A DNA stretch of 64,000 nt from Albugo candida (lineage: Eukaryota): positions 434,001 to 498,000 of the forward strand of contig JBDOQK010000018.1 in the NCBI GenBank assembly GCA_040437565.1, read 5' to 3'. Positions 38,739-50,679 of this stretch are shown in pieces. Numbering within the stretch: the stretch's first letter is position 1; each line of letters starts with the position of its first letter. The notes below the pieces were generated by a model. The model worked only from the letters and a program-made list of their open reading frames with translations, had not been told where the DNA came from and ran no database searches. A program made the position numbers and the translations under genes.

Positions 38739-41218
38739 TTTGCAAAAACCAACACGGTAAACATCCCCAATATATTTTACATTTCGCTTCATTATCAAAC
38801 GAAGAATTGTAGCAGCGCAAATTTAGTTCAAATCTTGATGTAGCATTCTCATTACTAAGAGACTGCTGCTGTATCGTATCGATTCATCGAGTTCGCACTT
38901 TGGACGCAATGGTTGCAAAGCATTTTACACTCGGGAGTACCCGAGTATTCCAAGCAAGAGCGATAAGGATTGCCATAAAAATAAACGACAGTGGTTGGCT
39001 TCATCATCTTAGATGAGGTGTACCAGCAAAAAAAAAGAGGATGTTTCGACAGAGCTCCAAATTCGATTATAGTCCGCAACACGCATTGTGCTCCGAGTTG
39101 TAATGCATTCGCTTGTTAAGTTCGTATGAGTCGCTGCAAGCGTACTTCCGTTCCCTCGTCGCACATTAAGCCCTATAAAGCGTCCGTATCTCTCGCAGTA
39201 CTGGTGGGTGTGAATCGTTTCAGGATAAAATGACACCAGCTAATTTGTACAAATGATCTAAAAAAACCAAGCACATTTTTTCTCCCATCGATACGAAAAG
39301 ATGCATCGAGTGCAGCATTTGTTTCAGCGGTCCCCAAGAAGTCACTAGATTCTATTTGTCCAGCCTCAGCTGTGTTACTCGTTGTGTTGTTTACTCCTTT
39401 ATGGGGAGCACAGTCGATCTGTTACTGTATCTAGTGAGCTGCACTGGTCTGAATAAAGATACCGTCCAAAACCATTTCTCTTCTTGTTACATTGGGGCGA
39501 TCCTATCGATTAATGTCCTTGCAAATCATCTACGGAAAAATCCCCACCAAACGTCCTGATAGATGCTCTTCCTACAAGACTTTTTCCATCTCTCCTTCAA
39601 TCGAAGCGTTTATCTTTTGATACGAGTCACGCAGAGGGCAAGCAAGCTTGTTAAGGTAGTCGTTTTGTAGCCGATAAAGTTTCATCTCTCCCATTTATCG
39701 AAAAAATAAACGATAAATCGTGCCACAATTGCTACCTTATGCGTGATATCTTGTGACCCGCATTTGAATTGCACCATGGACAGCGGATTACGTGCCAGTG
39801 TATGGATGAAAACCACCAAGATGACACTCAAAAGTATTCGATACTGAGTATGATGAATTTATCTGTTTCATTCCTTGCTGGTAAGGGTTGTCAAGGTGAT
39901 TCAGCGTAATCTCGAATAAACGCTCCGTTCCAATTGCTAAACCACATGGAGTATCTTCGTCATGACACATCATTCGCAGGGAAAATTGCCTCTTGCTGAA
40001 TCACGGATAATGCCATGAGAGGTACGAGAGGTAAGTAGCAATGTGCAGAACCCCCCCTTTATTTGTGGAAAGCAGTGCTGCAAACAACGTCGACATTGCT
40101 TCGGGATCAACTTCTCTTGTCATCTGATTAGAGAACGACGCTTGTTTGCAGGAGACTGCATTAAAGGTGTTTTGACCTTTGCGTGGATGAACAATCAAGT
40201 CGCATTCCCTAAAGTCACCTGTATTCCCCGAGTTCTCAATTCATCCTCATGCTGACGTAAAGCCAGACCAAACGGCATACGTACAGGATCACTTGACTTT
40301 GATGTCGCATGTAGTTCGATGCAAGTGATTGTATACTTGATCGTCTTGGATTGCGATTTACTAAGACATCCTAATATGCTTGATATCCTTGACTCTTCAT
40401 TCTTATAGAGCGGTCGAATTCCTATCGCAGATAACCAGTCGGAAGCCCAAACTTGAGCCAGTCCCTTTCGATCAACACTAGCAGAGATCAATATCAAAGA
40501 GTGTGTAGCCGTACCTGTCAGATTGGTGGATATCTCATATTCCAACTTGGTCAGTGAACGGAAAGCCATTCCAATATCGGTCCGTAACCATATTAATCTA
40601 CCATATTAGACATCTGAGAGTCTTTTACGCTTTTGCATAAGGATAGATTGCTTGAAACCCGACAAAAATATACGCGAGTTGGATGTATGCATGCACTCTT
40701 GTCCGATTGTTGACACATTGCGTCCAAGAAGTGGTGAGCTTTTCAAGATTCTATTTGCTTGCGGCTACGATTCCTGGTACAAAGATGCGGACTATTTAAG
40801 CCCTATATCTCCATAAAAGACGCTGAGAAAAACTCGACATCTAGATTTGATAAGTCAAAATTTCTCTGTTCGACATTTCAAGGCTTGGAGTAATCGATTT
40901 GGACACAGTCGTATTTTTTGTAGCCGAATATTGATTGCGAATTGCTTGTGTCATCAAGATGCATTCATGCAACTTGCTCGATAATATGTGGATATATAAA
41001 TTTAATGCTTTTGCATGCTCAAAGCCCTGTACACGGACAATACTTGGCATTCACAACAGTAATCCATAACATTCTTGGTTCGAGCACTGTGTCATATCGC
41101 AAGTCGGACAGGTGAGACTGGTATATTGGAAAAACCGATTATCCTGCCAAATATCAACGACATTTTCGGGCGGTTGCAATCTCTCTTGACATTCCTGCAA
41201 GCCTATAGATCCGCTTGA

Positions 41219-42152
41219 TTGTCAAGGATTTCATTACACTGTTTATCTGGTTCTTTAACGACCTTCCTTTTTCCATCGCGTGCCCCTGACCGTGTGAATA
41301 TCACTTAGGTCTGGCTTCAAACCTAGGGAGGCAGATATTTTCCAAGCTTTTAGCTTGGGTGGGCTTACACCGCTGGGCACACTGCCGGGGATCGAGCCAA
41401 CGACCTCCGTCAGGGATTCCGCTTTCTCAACCGACTGAGCTGGGGCCGGTTCCTTTCATCTCGACCACGTTGGTCGCAAATTGCATGTGCAATTGTGCCA
41501 GCATTACGGCCGACATGGAAAGAATATCAGCATATTATATCAGATTTATGGCCTTCGTTGCAGGCACTGACGCTTTACTTCGTCTGGACCGATCGAAATC
41601 CTCGTCTGTTCGATCAGCGATTAGTAATTCCGACAGTTCCAGCACCTTCCGTCATTTACACCACGTTTAGTGCGCACGATCGGTACTATCGAAGACAGTG
41701 TTACGACCGAGAAGAACGCATTTGGCTTGCTGGAGTTTTTGAGCAACTCTCAACGCAAAGATCATTTGGTGGATTTCTCAGAAGTCGAAGATCATTGCTA
41801 CGGGTACGCCACAGGCGAGTCGAAATGCAAGTGCAATTCGGATCCTAGTCCTAGTTGGCTGCTTATGCTCACCGTAGTGTGGCGCACACCAATTCGCACA
41901 GCACGGTACGTTTGGACCATTTACAACTTTTCAACATATATCCGTTACACGATGGATACACTCTCCTACTATAGTGGTGGACCCTACTGCAATGCAGGAC
42001 TAGCAACGAGGAACATATTATCATCTCTCACAGGTTTTTGCGAAACGTTTTTTATATGTATATATGTTATTTTAAGATAGCCTAGGCAACAAGAAGTCAG
42101 TTAGTCTAATTGTAGTAATATAGACACCTTCAACTGAGCCGGGGCGGACCCC
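41219..42152 (-). mobile_element. tRNA-derived SINE-like insertion flanked by a 17-bp target-site duplication
   Basis: Exact direct repeat CCTATAGATCCGCTTGA at 41202-41218 and 42153-42169. Minus strand reads ..CAGCTCAGTCGG.. (A-box-like) and GGCTCGATCCC (B-box-like, 41398-41388). The paralogous segment at ~29.80-29.90 kb lacks the insert. Confidence 0.75.
41450..42132 (+). mobile_element. 5'-truncated non-LTR retrotransposon (L1/Tx1-like ORF2 C-terminus plus 3' UTR) nested in the SINE
   Basis: ORF 41495-41848 contains LWPSLQALTLYFVWTDRNPRLF, resembling the W..RN..F motif at the end of L1-clade ORF2. It is flanked by ACTGAGC(T/C)GGGGC at 41434-41446 and 42133-42145. Confidence 0.55.
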
Positions 42153-44189
42153 CCTATAGATCCGCTTGAATGTACATAGTGGGCTATTCCTTGAATACAA
42201 CCATTTCAAATTTCAAATGATGGATCACAGATTCAAGTACATGGTGCCAGCTGTTGTCCCTAGTGAGTTTCACCAGCGCAAGGGCTGATGGCTGCCGATA
42301 TAGATTTTACTAGAGCACTTGATGGCGTACCAGTAGAATTTGCGAGGCCTGCGAAGTGTTCTACACATACAACAGTGGAAAGTATAATGCACGCTTATTT
42401 GATTCGCATCACCCGTGAAAGAAACATAGACCCATTTTCATAAGATACCGCGTTGTTCCATATTTCATACGAAGAAGTCCAAGACTACACGTGTGAATAC
42501 GCTTCTCATCGTAGTGTTGCATGGGTGAACAATCTGAGGTCCACTAAGCACATGTCGGAGATTCTTAATCATGGTTTTTAGAAATTGACGATGGCAGCGT
42601 GGAAGCTTTCGCCAGTCAAATGAACACATGCTCAATTATGAGGGACAAGATGTACGATGTACTTGTGAGCACATTTTTACTGATACATTCTGTGTTGTTG
42701 AGATCATTATAGCCACATGATCTACTCATGTATCAGTATTCACGTTCACTTCAGGCACAGGCCTTTGCTTACGCTGTATAGATGAATCAATAGCTATCGA
42801 ACTTTGAAAATTACGGCAATTGAATGACTTTACGAGAACAAGTACTTTCCAGCACAATAGCGCTGTCTCCATCACTTAGCAAAATACTAATTGGGTCCTA
42901 CGAAGACTATGCTCGGGCAGATATGAGCTGCATCAAGTGAATAATAAAGGCCCGAGCTCTTTACAGACAAGCCGAACGTTTTGCATCCTTCAATGGCATC
43001 TGTGTTGCGTAAAATAAGTAGCGCACTTAAAAATACTCTCCGGGCGATGTCCAGTCTGCCCGAAATCGCTCGGAATTGCTTCGTAGCCACTTTATTTGGC
43101 CCTATCTGCAGAAATCTGTAGTGAGATCAGGCGATTCATCGAGCTCTCATTCTTTCTAATCTATGGGCTCGTCTTTGTTCGCTCCGTTGTTTAGTTGTTG
43201 GTTGTGCAAGCTGTAAAACCAGAGCCACCAATTATGTTCATCTTTCAAGACGAAGGCAATGTTGACGGAATAACGTATTCACTGCACTTATCAACATCCA
43301 ACGTATGCAAAATATCGTTCCGATCGGAGCGCGCCACAGCAGAAGAAGAGTGATCATACGACCAGAACGAACGTCAGAAGAGAACGATGTTGAGTAGATC
43401 ATAGTAGATTCCACTAGGACGCCGCCGTCTTCGCGATAAATTCTCTGGAAATTAGATGGTTTGTTGTCAACCTTTTAGTGTCTTCTTTACGGGATTGTTA
43501 GAAGCTGTTGCCTAGTCCAGTGCCTTCATCAGATCTTGCAAGCATCTCCATGTAGTAATCAAAATGCGAATTTTACATGATACACTCGAGCAGATCTCAT
43601 ACAGATACAGCCCTAAATCCGGATTGTCTCACGATTTCTTGCCAAATTCACGCCCAGTACGTGTCCAGTACAAAAAACAATTGATACAGATAATGTTGAT
43701 GTGTTACATAAGGTTTGGTAAGAGATGGAGTTGCAAAACCACCATCACTAGCTTCAAATCACGCTGGTTCTCACCAAAGTAATAATGACCTGAGCCATCG
43801 ACTGTATTCGAAGCACCATCATGATCTTGATGTAAAAGATTTGATATAATGTGTGTTGCGTATGCATCAATGCCAGTGGCTTCATTCGATCAAAGTCCGA
43901 TGGCTACTGAGTTTGTAACAAGTATACCATCCCTGAAGGAACGCTTCTAAGTCACTTACACAATGCCTTGATGCCATTTGTAACGCCTGCTTAGTCTCGT
44001 GTACAAGATATACCGCTTTATATTGCTAACTTCGATAAAAAAAGCTGGCAAAAGGACCAAATCAATCTAATGCGAGGTGGAAGTGAGTATCGTTCCATCT
44101 GATGCATACATGGCGCTGCTATGATTGCCTTTATAGCTTCATCCAGACTTCATCAGATCCACAATTTGGCAGTACGACCACTTTCTTAC

Positions 44190-44355
44190 ATACTGTGGCA
44201 AACAATATCACTTATAAACGTTTACGCAGCAACAGGCACGAACGAATGGTGTCATAAGCAACTCCAGTGGTCGTCGCTTACAGCTTCTCTATAATATATG
44301 AATGTTTTTTTATCGTTGTCATTATTGTAATTATAGTGTGACAGAGCTCGGTACC
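44190..44355 (+). pseudogene. Remnant of the striatin last exon and 3' flank
   Basis: GGCAAACAATATCACTTAT...ATGGTGTCATAAGCAACTCCAGTG matches GCACACGATATCGCTTAT...ATGGTGTCATAAAAGTTTTCCAGTG (23.94-24.02 kb). The downstream AGAGCTC is also shared. Confidence 0.7.
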
Positions 44356-44465
44356 AACATTATTGCTGCATTCCTTGTCTCACGTGTCGCCGTCGTGTGT
44401 TACATTTATTTTGTGTAGGCAACATAATGCGCTTGATTGTATTTACAAATTCAATTGCAACTACT

Positions 44466-44782
44466 GTGTCGCTATCGTGGTCCTCCTCGATCTTTTCGAA
44501 CGTTCCAGAACTATTCCTAGCTCATTGCTAGAGAAGCCGTTGTTTTGTCGAAATGATATATAAGCAACATCGATACATTATTCAGGTCTCAGGTCGCAAT
44601 GTCGTAATTTTTCCCTTTTCGAACAATTCTTTTAAAACTTCTAGCGCAAGTAATAAAAATACATACTTTAAATTATTCGACGCGTGGCATCTACCCCTTT
44701 TAAGATTCTAGAATACATTAGCCCTATGCGACACATCGATATAGTGCCACGATGTAGAACTTCTGTACCAGTCATCATTCTT
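44466..44782 (+). promoter_or_regulatory. HSE-like repeat array and Inr-like element upstream of paralogue 3
   Basis: GAACGTTCCAGAA at 44498-44510, further units at ~44620 and ~44705 (TTCTAGAA), and CCAGTCATCATTCT at 44768. Confidence 0.5.
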
Positions 44783-44838
44783 ATCAAAGTATGCTTGCTT
44801 CATAATCAAACGCGACCGATACCGAAGCTTTCCGAAGA

Positions 44839-46442
44839 ATGATTGGGCGTATTGTGCACTTTTCCGACGTTCATCTGAATCTTTTAGATGATAACGTCAA
44901 ACTTCCACCTAAGTATGGATATGATCCTCCGATCCAGCTGCTTATGAATGCGTTGGAATTTGCGGCTAAAGAATTCCCAGATCCAGATGTATTTTTCTAT
45001 ACCGGTGATTCTGTTATCCACGAGCCTAAAGTTGGGAAAATAAGATTTCCCTGGAGTCAAGACGAAATACGCGCAGTAGTGGAAGCGGTTATAGAGAAGT
45101 TTTACTGCATATATGGAGAAGAAAGCGAAAGGAAAAAGAAAGTAAAAATGATCACCACAGTTTTTGGGAATGCCGATGCAAGTAAGTGTATATTTGATAT
45201 ATAGAACATGTCGCTGACAATTTGCTGAATGTAGCACCGAACTATGCCTTGGATATCACTGATGGAAAGACCGATAATCCAACGTTGAAAGTAATATCCA
45301 GTGCTTGGAAAACCCACCTGACAACTGAACAGTTGGAAGAATTCAAAAAAGGTGGATACACGTTTACACATATCGAAGAGAAATTGGCCGTGATCACATT
45401 GAATACGGCTCCCTATGCAGAGAAGCATCCTGGCGAAGATACCTTAGCCGATCCACTTGGACAGTTTGCGTGGTTGGAAAGAACGCTAGCAAATTTGGAA
45501 AGAAAAGGAATATATGTCTACCTTTTAGGTCATATTCCGCCAATTCTGCATGTGCATGACGAAGGATATCAATGGAAAAGCCGCTTTATCGAAAAATTCA
45601 AAGACGTCATCAAACCGTTCGTTAAAATCATCAAAGCTCAAATCTATGGACACGTCCATACTTTTGAACTCCGTGCGTTTGAGGTGGAGAACATACTTGT
45701 TCCGCTTTTTACAATTTCAGCCATTTCACCGAAGTACTGGAATAGCCCATCATTCACTGTCTGGAAATATGACAAGAAAACGTATGAGCTACTGGATTAT
45801 CAAGCCTACGGATCAAGGAAGGAGCCTTTCACAAAGTGGGAACCAATATTTAGTGCTACCCAGTAAGAATTTGAATTTTTTACAGAAACTTCAAAGAACT
45901 AAAATGCGACATTCCTTTGTAGACAATACAATCTCGAGGATTTGTCTAAAAAAAGCGTGAAGGAATTCACGGAGAAGTTTATCGAAAAAGGTAAAATCAA
46001 TAGCACGTTATTTGCGGCTTATGACTATAATAGGTATGTGCAATCACCATACGCGGAGGACTGTAAATGCGAAAGCGCCCAAGCTCGCGCAAATGTGCTT
46101 TGTTCATTTGTTTGGTACACCGACGAGAAAGATGTCCGAGAGTGCTTAAAGAAAAAAGCCACAATACTTGAGTCACTCGGGTCACCCAAAGGTGATCGTA
46201 TCAAATTGGTGGAAGGTCCTACAACGAAAGATCATATAGCGGAACATCGTATGCTGTATCCTGCTACTGAGGATGGCCCCACCAAGAAGCCTGCATTCAA
46301 TAAACCGTGGACCTCTGCTACTGTTTACCTGACGATCATTTCACTTTTGCTGATACTAATCATGCTGGCTAAAATACTTGGAATCAAAGCTCGGTGGACA
46401 AGATCGATAAAAGGAGACAGATGGATAGAGCGAACACAATGA
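44839..46442 (+). CDS. Acid sphingomyelinase-like metallophosphoesterase, paralogue 3
   Basis: Exons 44839-45181, 45235-45862, 45923-46442. Motifs: FSDVH, TGDSVIH, GNAD, DPLGQFAWL, GHIPP, YGHVH. TM helix VYLTIISLLLILIMLA. Confidence 0.88.
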
Positions 46443-46521
46443 AACTAGCACCATAGTTTACTTCGTTGTATTCTCCAATATATTTTACGCTATGATATGT
46501 GCTATTTACCGGACGTCTCTC

Positions 46522-48087
46522 TCAGTAATCGGGAGGCAACTGATTTGCCTTGTATACTCTTCGCCAAGGTCTCTTTTTGAATACAATATCTTCCATAAAA
46601 TCTCTACAAGTAAGTTGCAAAGACGTTTTCGCAGTAGGATTTAGTACTTTTTCTGGACGAGAACGTAGAAAGTAAGGCATGGACATGCGACGCGGACCAT
46701 CCCCGCTTCCATATATCGCAGGGACTCGATGAAGCGTGCCAGGTAGTCTACCGTTTGTAAGATATCCTAGCGTTTCGCCAGCAAACAAAGACACATGCTT
46801 GGCCTCGGCGCCCGATTCAATATCCGTCCACAACATCCGTTCCAAACTCCATATCTGAAGACCTGCAATTGTTGCTGTAGGTGAAATGGTAAGCAACCCG
46901 AGGTCTGCATGGACACCACATGAATCATTTGCAACCAGAGGCTGGCTGCTGGATATTGGAGCTTTGTTCCTGTAGTCATAGATTCGCAATACAGAAGCCC
47001 CATACTGATATGCTTCATCGGTAGTATTCGCAAGGACCATATTTTCTGGTAAAGACACATCATCGAGCAATTCCGCGAAAATATATTTCGTGTCAAGTTT
47101 CATTGTCTCGCAAACAGCAAGTAAACAAACACGTGCCAATTCATCCAAGCTCCTTAAGATTTTAAGCATTTCAAGTGCATAATTGCAGCCATCTTCTGTT
47201 CTGCTAAAGTATGCATGCGGCCATTTTGTACCGCTTTTGTGAATGGGATGGCGTAATTGAATGTAATCGCGGGAAGAATCTGACGAGTACCCAACGTACC
47301 GTCCTCTCGAAACCATGGATTGATTCCGCGCATGTAAATTTTGGACAAGCGGTATTGTTGTCTCTTTGTAATGATGAGTTCTTGCATCAACTAGATCACG
47401 CCATTGCTCTCTCTTGGGAAGTTCCCTTTGCCTTGCAAGCCACTTTCTGGTCATCTGATAGGCATTTTGTAGTGCGCTGGCCATTTCTTCAGACACCTCC
47501 AGCCTCACAAATCCATAATCAGAAAGATTTCGAATTATTTTCTCGGTCGCCCTTGCGCGTATACCAGGGTTGGCATTGGTACCAAGTTGGTCCACGAGAA
47601 CCGGATGGAAAGGCGAATCGGGCGGTACTGTTGGTACTGGCTGATTGAGCAGAAGGGTTTCTTTCACAGCAAGTTGAAAATGCAGGACCGGTGTACGCTC
47701 TTCTTCGTAATTCTCAAGTAGCCGTGCCACAATCGTGTTGACCATGGTGAAAGGAATCGGAGGACTATACAACTCATCAGCTGGAATAACGCCAAACACG
47801 CTCTCACTCCCTGTAATGTCAAATTGTTTCCGTAGCCATATCTCTAAATCCATCATACGTGTTCCTAAAAGTGTTGGATCGGAGACATTAGAGTGGGAGA
47901 CGGCTTTCTTTTGAATTCCGATTTTTGCTTTGCGTTGTATTACAGATTGTAGGTAATGTAATTCGTCCAATGTATAGACTAGTGGCATTTTTAGATTCGT
48001 GATAAAACAAGTACGCTTGTGTGCAAAAATGCAATGGACGGGTGGTCGTTCTGCCATCAACACTAAAGCATTCAAATGGTCACTCAT
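46522..48087 (-). CDS. 2-oxoglutarate/Fe(II)-dependent oxygenase (IPNS-like fold)
   Basis: SVLRIYDY, HADLGLLT (HxD), GLQI, GETLGYLTNG, TLHRV (distal His), RRMSMPYF (RxS). The true start may be a downstream ATG such as 47988. Confidence 0.88.
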   Translation of the reverse strand: MSDHLNALVLMAERPPVHCIFAHKRTCFITNLKMPLVYTLDELHYLQSVIQRKAKIGIQKKAVSHSNVSDPTLLGTRMMDLEIWLRKQFDITGSESVFGVIPADELYSPPIPFTMVNTIVARLLENYEEERTPVLHFQLAVKETLLLNQPVPTVPPDSPFHPVLVDQLGTNANPGIRARATEKIIRNLSDYGFVRLEVSEEMASALQNAYQMTRKWLARQRELPKREQWRDLVDARTHHYKETTIPLVQNLHARNQSMVSRGRYVGYSSDSSRDYIQLRHPIHKSGTKWPHAYFSRTEDGCNYALEMLKILRSLDELARVCLLAVCETMKLDTKYIFAELLDDVSLPENMVLANTTDEAYQYGASVLRIYDYRNKAPISSSQPLVANDSCGVHADLGLLTISPTATIAGLQIWSLERMLWTDIESGAEAKHVSLFAGETLGYLTNGRLPGTLHRVPAIYGSGDGPRRMSMPYFLRSRPEKVLNPTAKTSLQLTCRDFMEDIVFKKRPWRRVYKANQLPPDY

Positions 48088-49228
48088 TGTGATAAAATTT
48101 TTGACAAGGTAGAGGCCGATTTGATGTACACCACTCTATTCTTTTTACGGAATTGGTCGCGAGAAAATTTGTATTCGTATCTGTAGCCTTACATAAACAC
48201 AATACAAGAATGAACAGATCGATAGTCCAAATTAGCATGCGAAGAATAAAACAAATCATCCTTAAAGGCAAAGCCCCTTTACCAGACGTTTTACAAGCGA
48301 TGCAAACTCACAAAGCAAAGCTTGATCTTCCGAGGATTTCGAGATAATTTTACGCCAATTTGAGGACCTACAGGATCTAAAAGGCAGTCGCGCAAAAAAT
48401 TATATCACTCGTGAAGTTTGACTGATCGGATTCTCTTTATCAGAAACGCAAACAACTCCTTGAAGAAAAAGATCGTAATCCACGACATGCTTTACAGTCT
48501 CAGCCGGAGGTTGGTTATCAAGTTGCACTGACTCAGCTGGTGGGCCTGAAAGCGAAACAAATCTCAAATATTTGACATGGTCTCGTACTTTTATTCAAAC
48601 CATGATTTTATTGATCAACTCCCGAACATAAGCCACTACAAATCATACTCACAGCTCGTTGTAAAGAGTCATCCTCAAATTCAAAATTGTCGCTTCGTTT
48701 TGTGGCTCGATACACCTTCCCGATTGGATTCCCCGTACTGATGGAAAATTATAAAGCTCATTTTTGATGATTGCATCATATTTATCAATTTTAAAAGCCC
48801 AAAATGTAATTGAAGTTGCACTGACTCCGGCTGGCCTTCCACCTTTCAAGTAGAAATATCTCATATAGTGGCTACAGTTATGCCTCAGTTACGTGCTTCG
48901 CCGTCAATGCAAATGGTCTGCCTCCTGCTCATCAGGTCAAAGCTACTTTGACCGTACCATCCCTTCCAGAGGTTTGACATTTGTGACTTATCATATGAGA
49001 AAAGATAGCGTGAACCATTACAAATGACATTCTTTACATGTGTTTTGAGAATCTTTTTGCATGTATAAATGAAAGGAAATCAGTTTTGCATAATGTGAGA
49101 AAGAAATGAGCAAGGAAGGTATGGGACAGCGATTGACGCAGTAAATTACCAATCAGATAATGATACGATACTATACGCTGTTATCATTGGTAAAACAATT
49201 TGCTTCTGAGACCACATAAAGTAGCATT

Positions 49229-50472
49229 ATGAACGCGTTGCAACGGTCTGCCATTTTGCACTACAAAAGATCGACGTTTAAATTCTACGAGCATAAGAAT
49301 CATGTTATAGGAAAGGCTTTTATCGATGCTTCGAGTGGGAATCTCTCAAAGGAACTGTACCTGGTCTCGCGACGCAATATCCATCCAAGTGTAGTCCGAT
49401 TCTCATCCTACGATTCCATGATCGACCCACCATCTCGACTTCCAAGCACGCCAGTTAATATGGTATCACATTTTATTTTTAGCAGTGCGGATTGCTTACT
49501 TCATCAAAATTGTGCTCGTAGGGCGTTGTTATAGTTCCTCAACAAAGGGCTTGGATTGTTGAACGATTCGGAAAGTACCATCAGATTTTGGTCCCAGGAC
49601 TACACTTTTTAATACCGTTTGTCGATCGCATCGCGTACGTACATTCGTTGAAAGAAGAAGCGATCAAAATTCCAGGTCAATCAGCAATAACGAAAGATAA
49701 CGTGACGATCAACATAGACGGAGTCTTATATGTGAAGATAGTGGATCCTTATAACGCCAGTTATGGAGTTGAGGATCCTTTGTATGCAGTCACGCAATTG
49801 GCACAAACTATGATGCGCTCTGAACTTGGAAAAATCACGCTGGATAAAACATTTGAAGAACGTGAATCACTGAACAAAAATATTGTTGAGTCGATAAATC
49901 AAGCGTCTGCTGCTTGGGGTATCAAATGTTTACGATACGAAATCCGTGATATCACTCCGCCTAAAAGTGTGAAAGCTGCGATGGATATGCAAGCAGAAGC
50001 AGAACGTCGTAAGCGTGCTGAAATTCTGGACTCAGAAGGGGAAAGACAAGCATACATAAACGTCGCAGAAGGAAAGAAAAAAGCTGCTATTTTGGAAGCC
50101 GAAGGAGGAGCTGCCGCAATTCTTGCACGAGCAGAAGCATCGGCTGAAGCCATAAACCGGCTATCTGTTGCAATTGGAAAACGAGGTGGAAATGATGCTG
50201 TGTCATTACAAGTTGCTGAGAAGTACGTTGAAGCTTTTGGCCGTGTTGCAAAGGAGAGTACAACTCTATTACTACCGGCAGCTTCAAGTGACCCAGCGAC
50301 CATGGTAGCTTCTGCTTTAGCAATTTTCGGAAATCTACAAAGTCAGCAGCAAAAGCGAACCGAGAGGACAAAAAACGAGAATGATTTAAAATCGCAAAAT
50401 AGCGAGACGGACGACATTGATGATTATCAACTCGATGAGCTCAGTATAAATGACAAGGAGAGGATAGGCTAG
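49229..50472 (+). CDS. STOML2: Stomatin-like protein 2 (SPFH/Band 7), probably mitochondrial
   Basis: Exons 49229-49462 and 49522-50472. Contains [64 protein letters not shown] and [17 protein letters not shown]. The N-terminus resembles a presequence. Confidence 0.95.
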
Positions 50473-50679
50473 ACACACGACCCATCATGTGTCGACTTTT
50501 TGATCAGACGCATGCCACTTAGTTTCATGTTGAAAGCTTCGGACGCAAAATACGATTTCTTACGTCGTACGTCGTATGTCTGGGCTAATATACTTCGCAT
50601 CAAACAACCTTCAAAAAAAAATATTCTGTTCTCTATTGATTATCTGAGCTGGGCGCCATACAAGTGGAGCTAACTCAGT

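Larger units (their letters stand above)
41010..43950. repeat. Diverged duplicated segment X, copy 2 (interrupted by a retroelement insertion)
   Basis: Colinear with 29.5-31.8 kb, as listed for copy 1. Confidence 0.75.

Noticed and set aside
41375-41450. Functional tRNA gene on the minus strand
   Set aside because: Only A/B-box-like motifs are visible. I could not fold a convincing cloverleaf, and it lies within a TSD-flanked insertion.
48150-48950. Possible small spliced gene between the 2OG oxygenase and the stomatin-like gene
   Set aside because: Coding-like fragments exist, but I could not build a consistent spliced ORF or recognise a domain.
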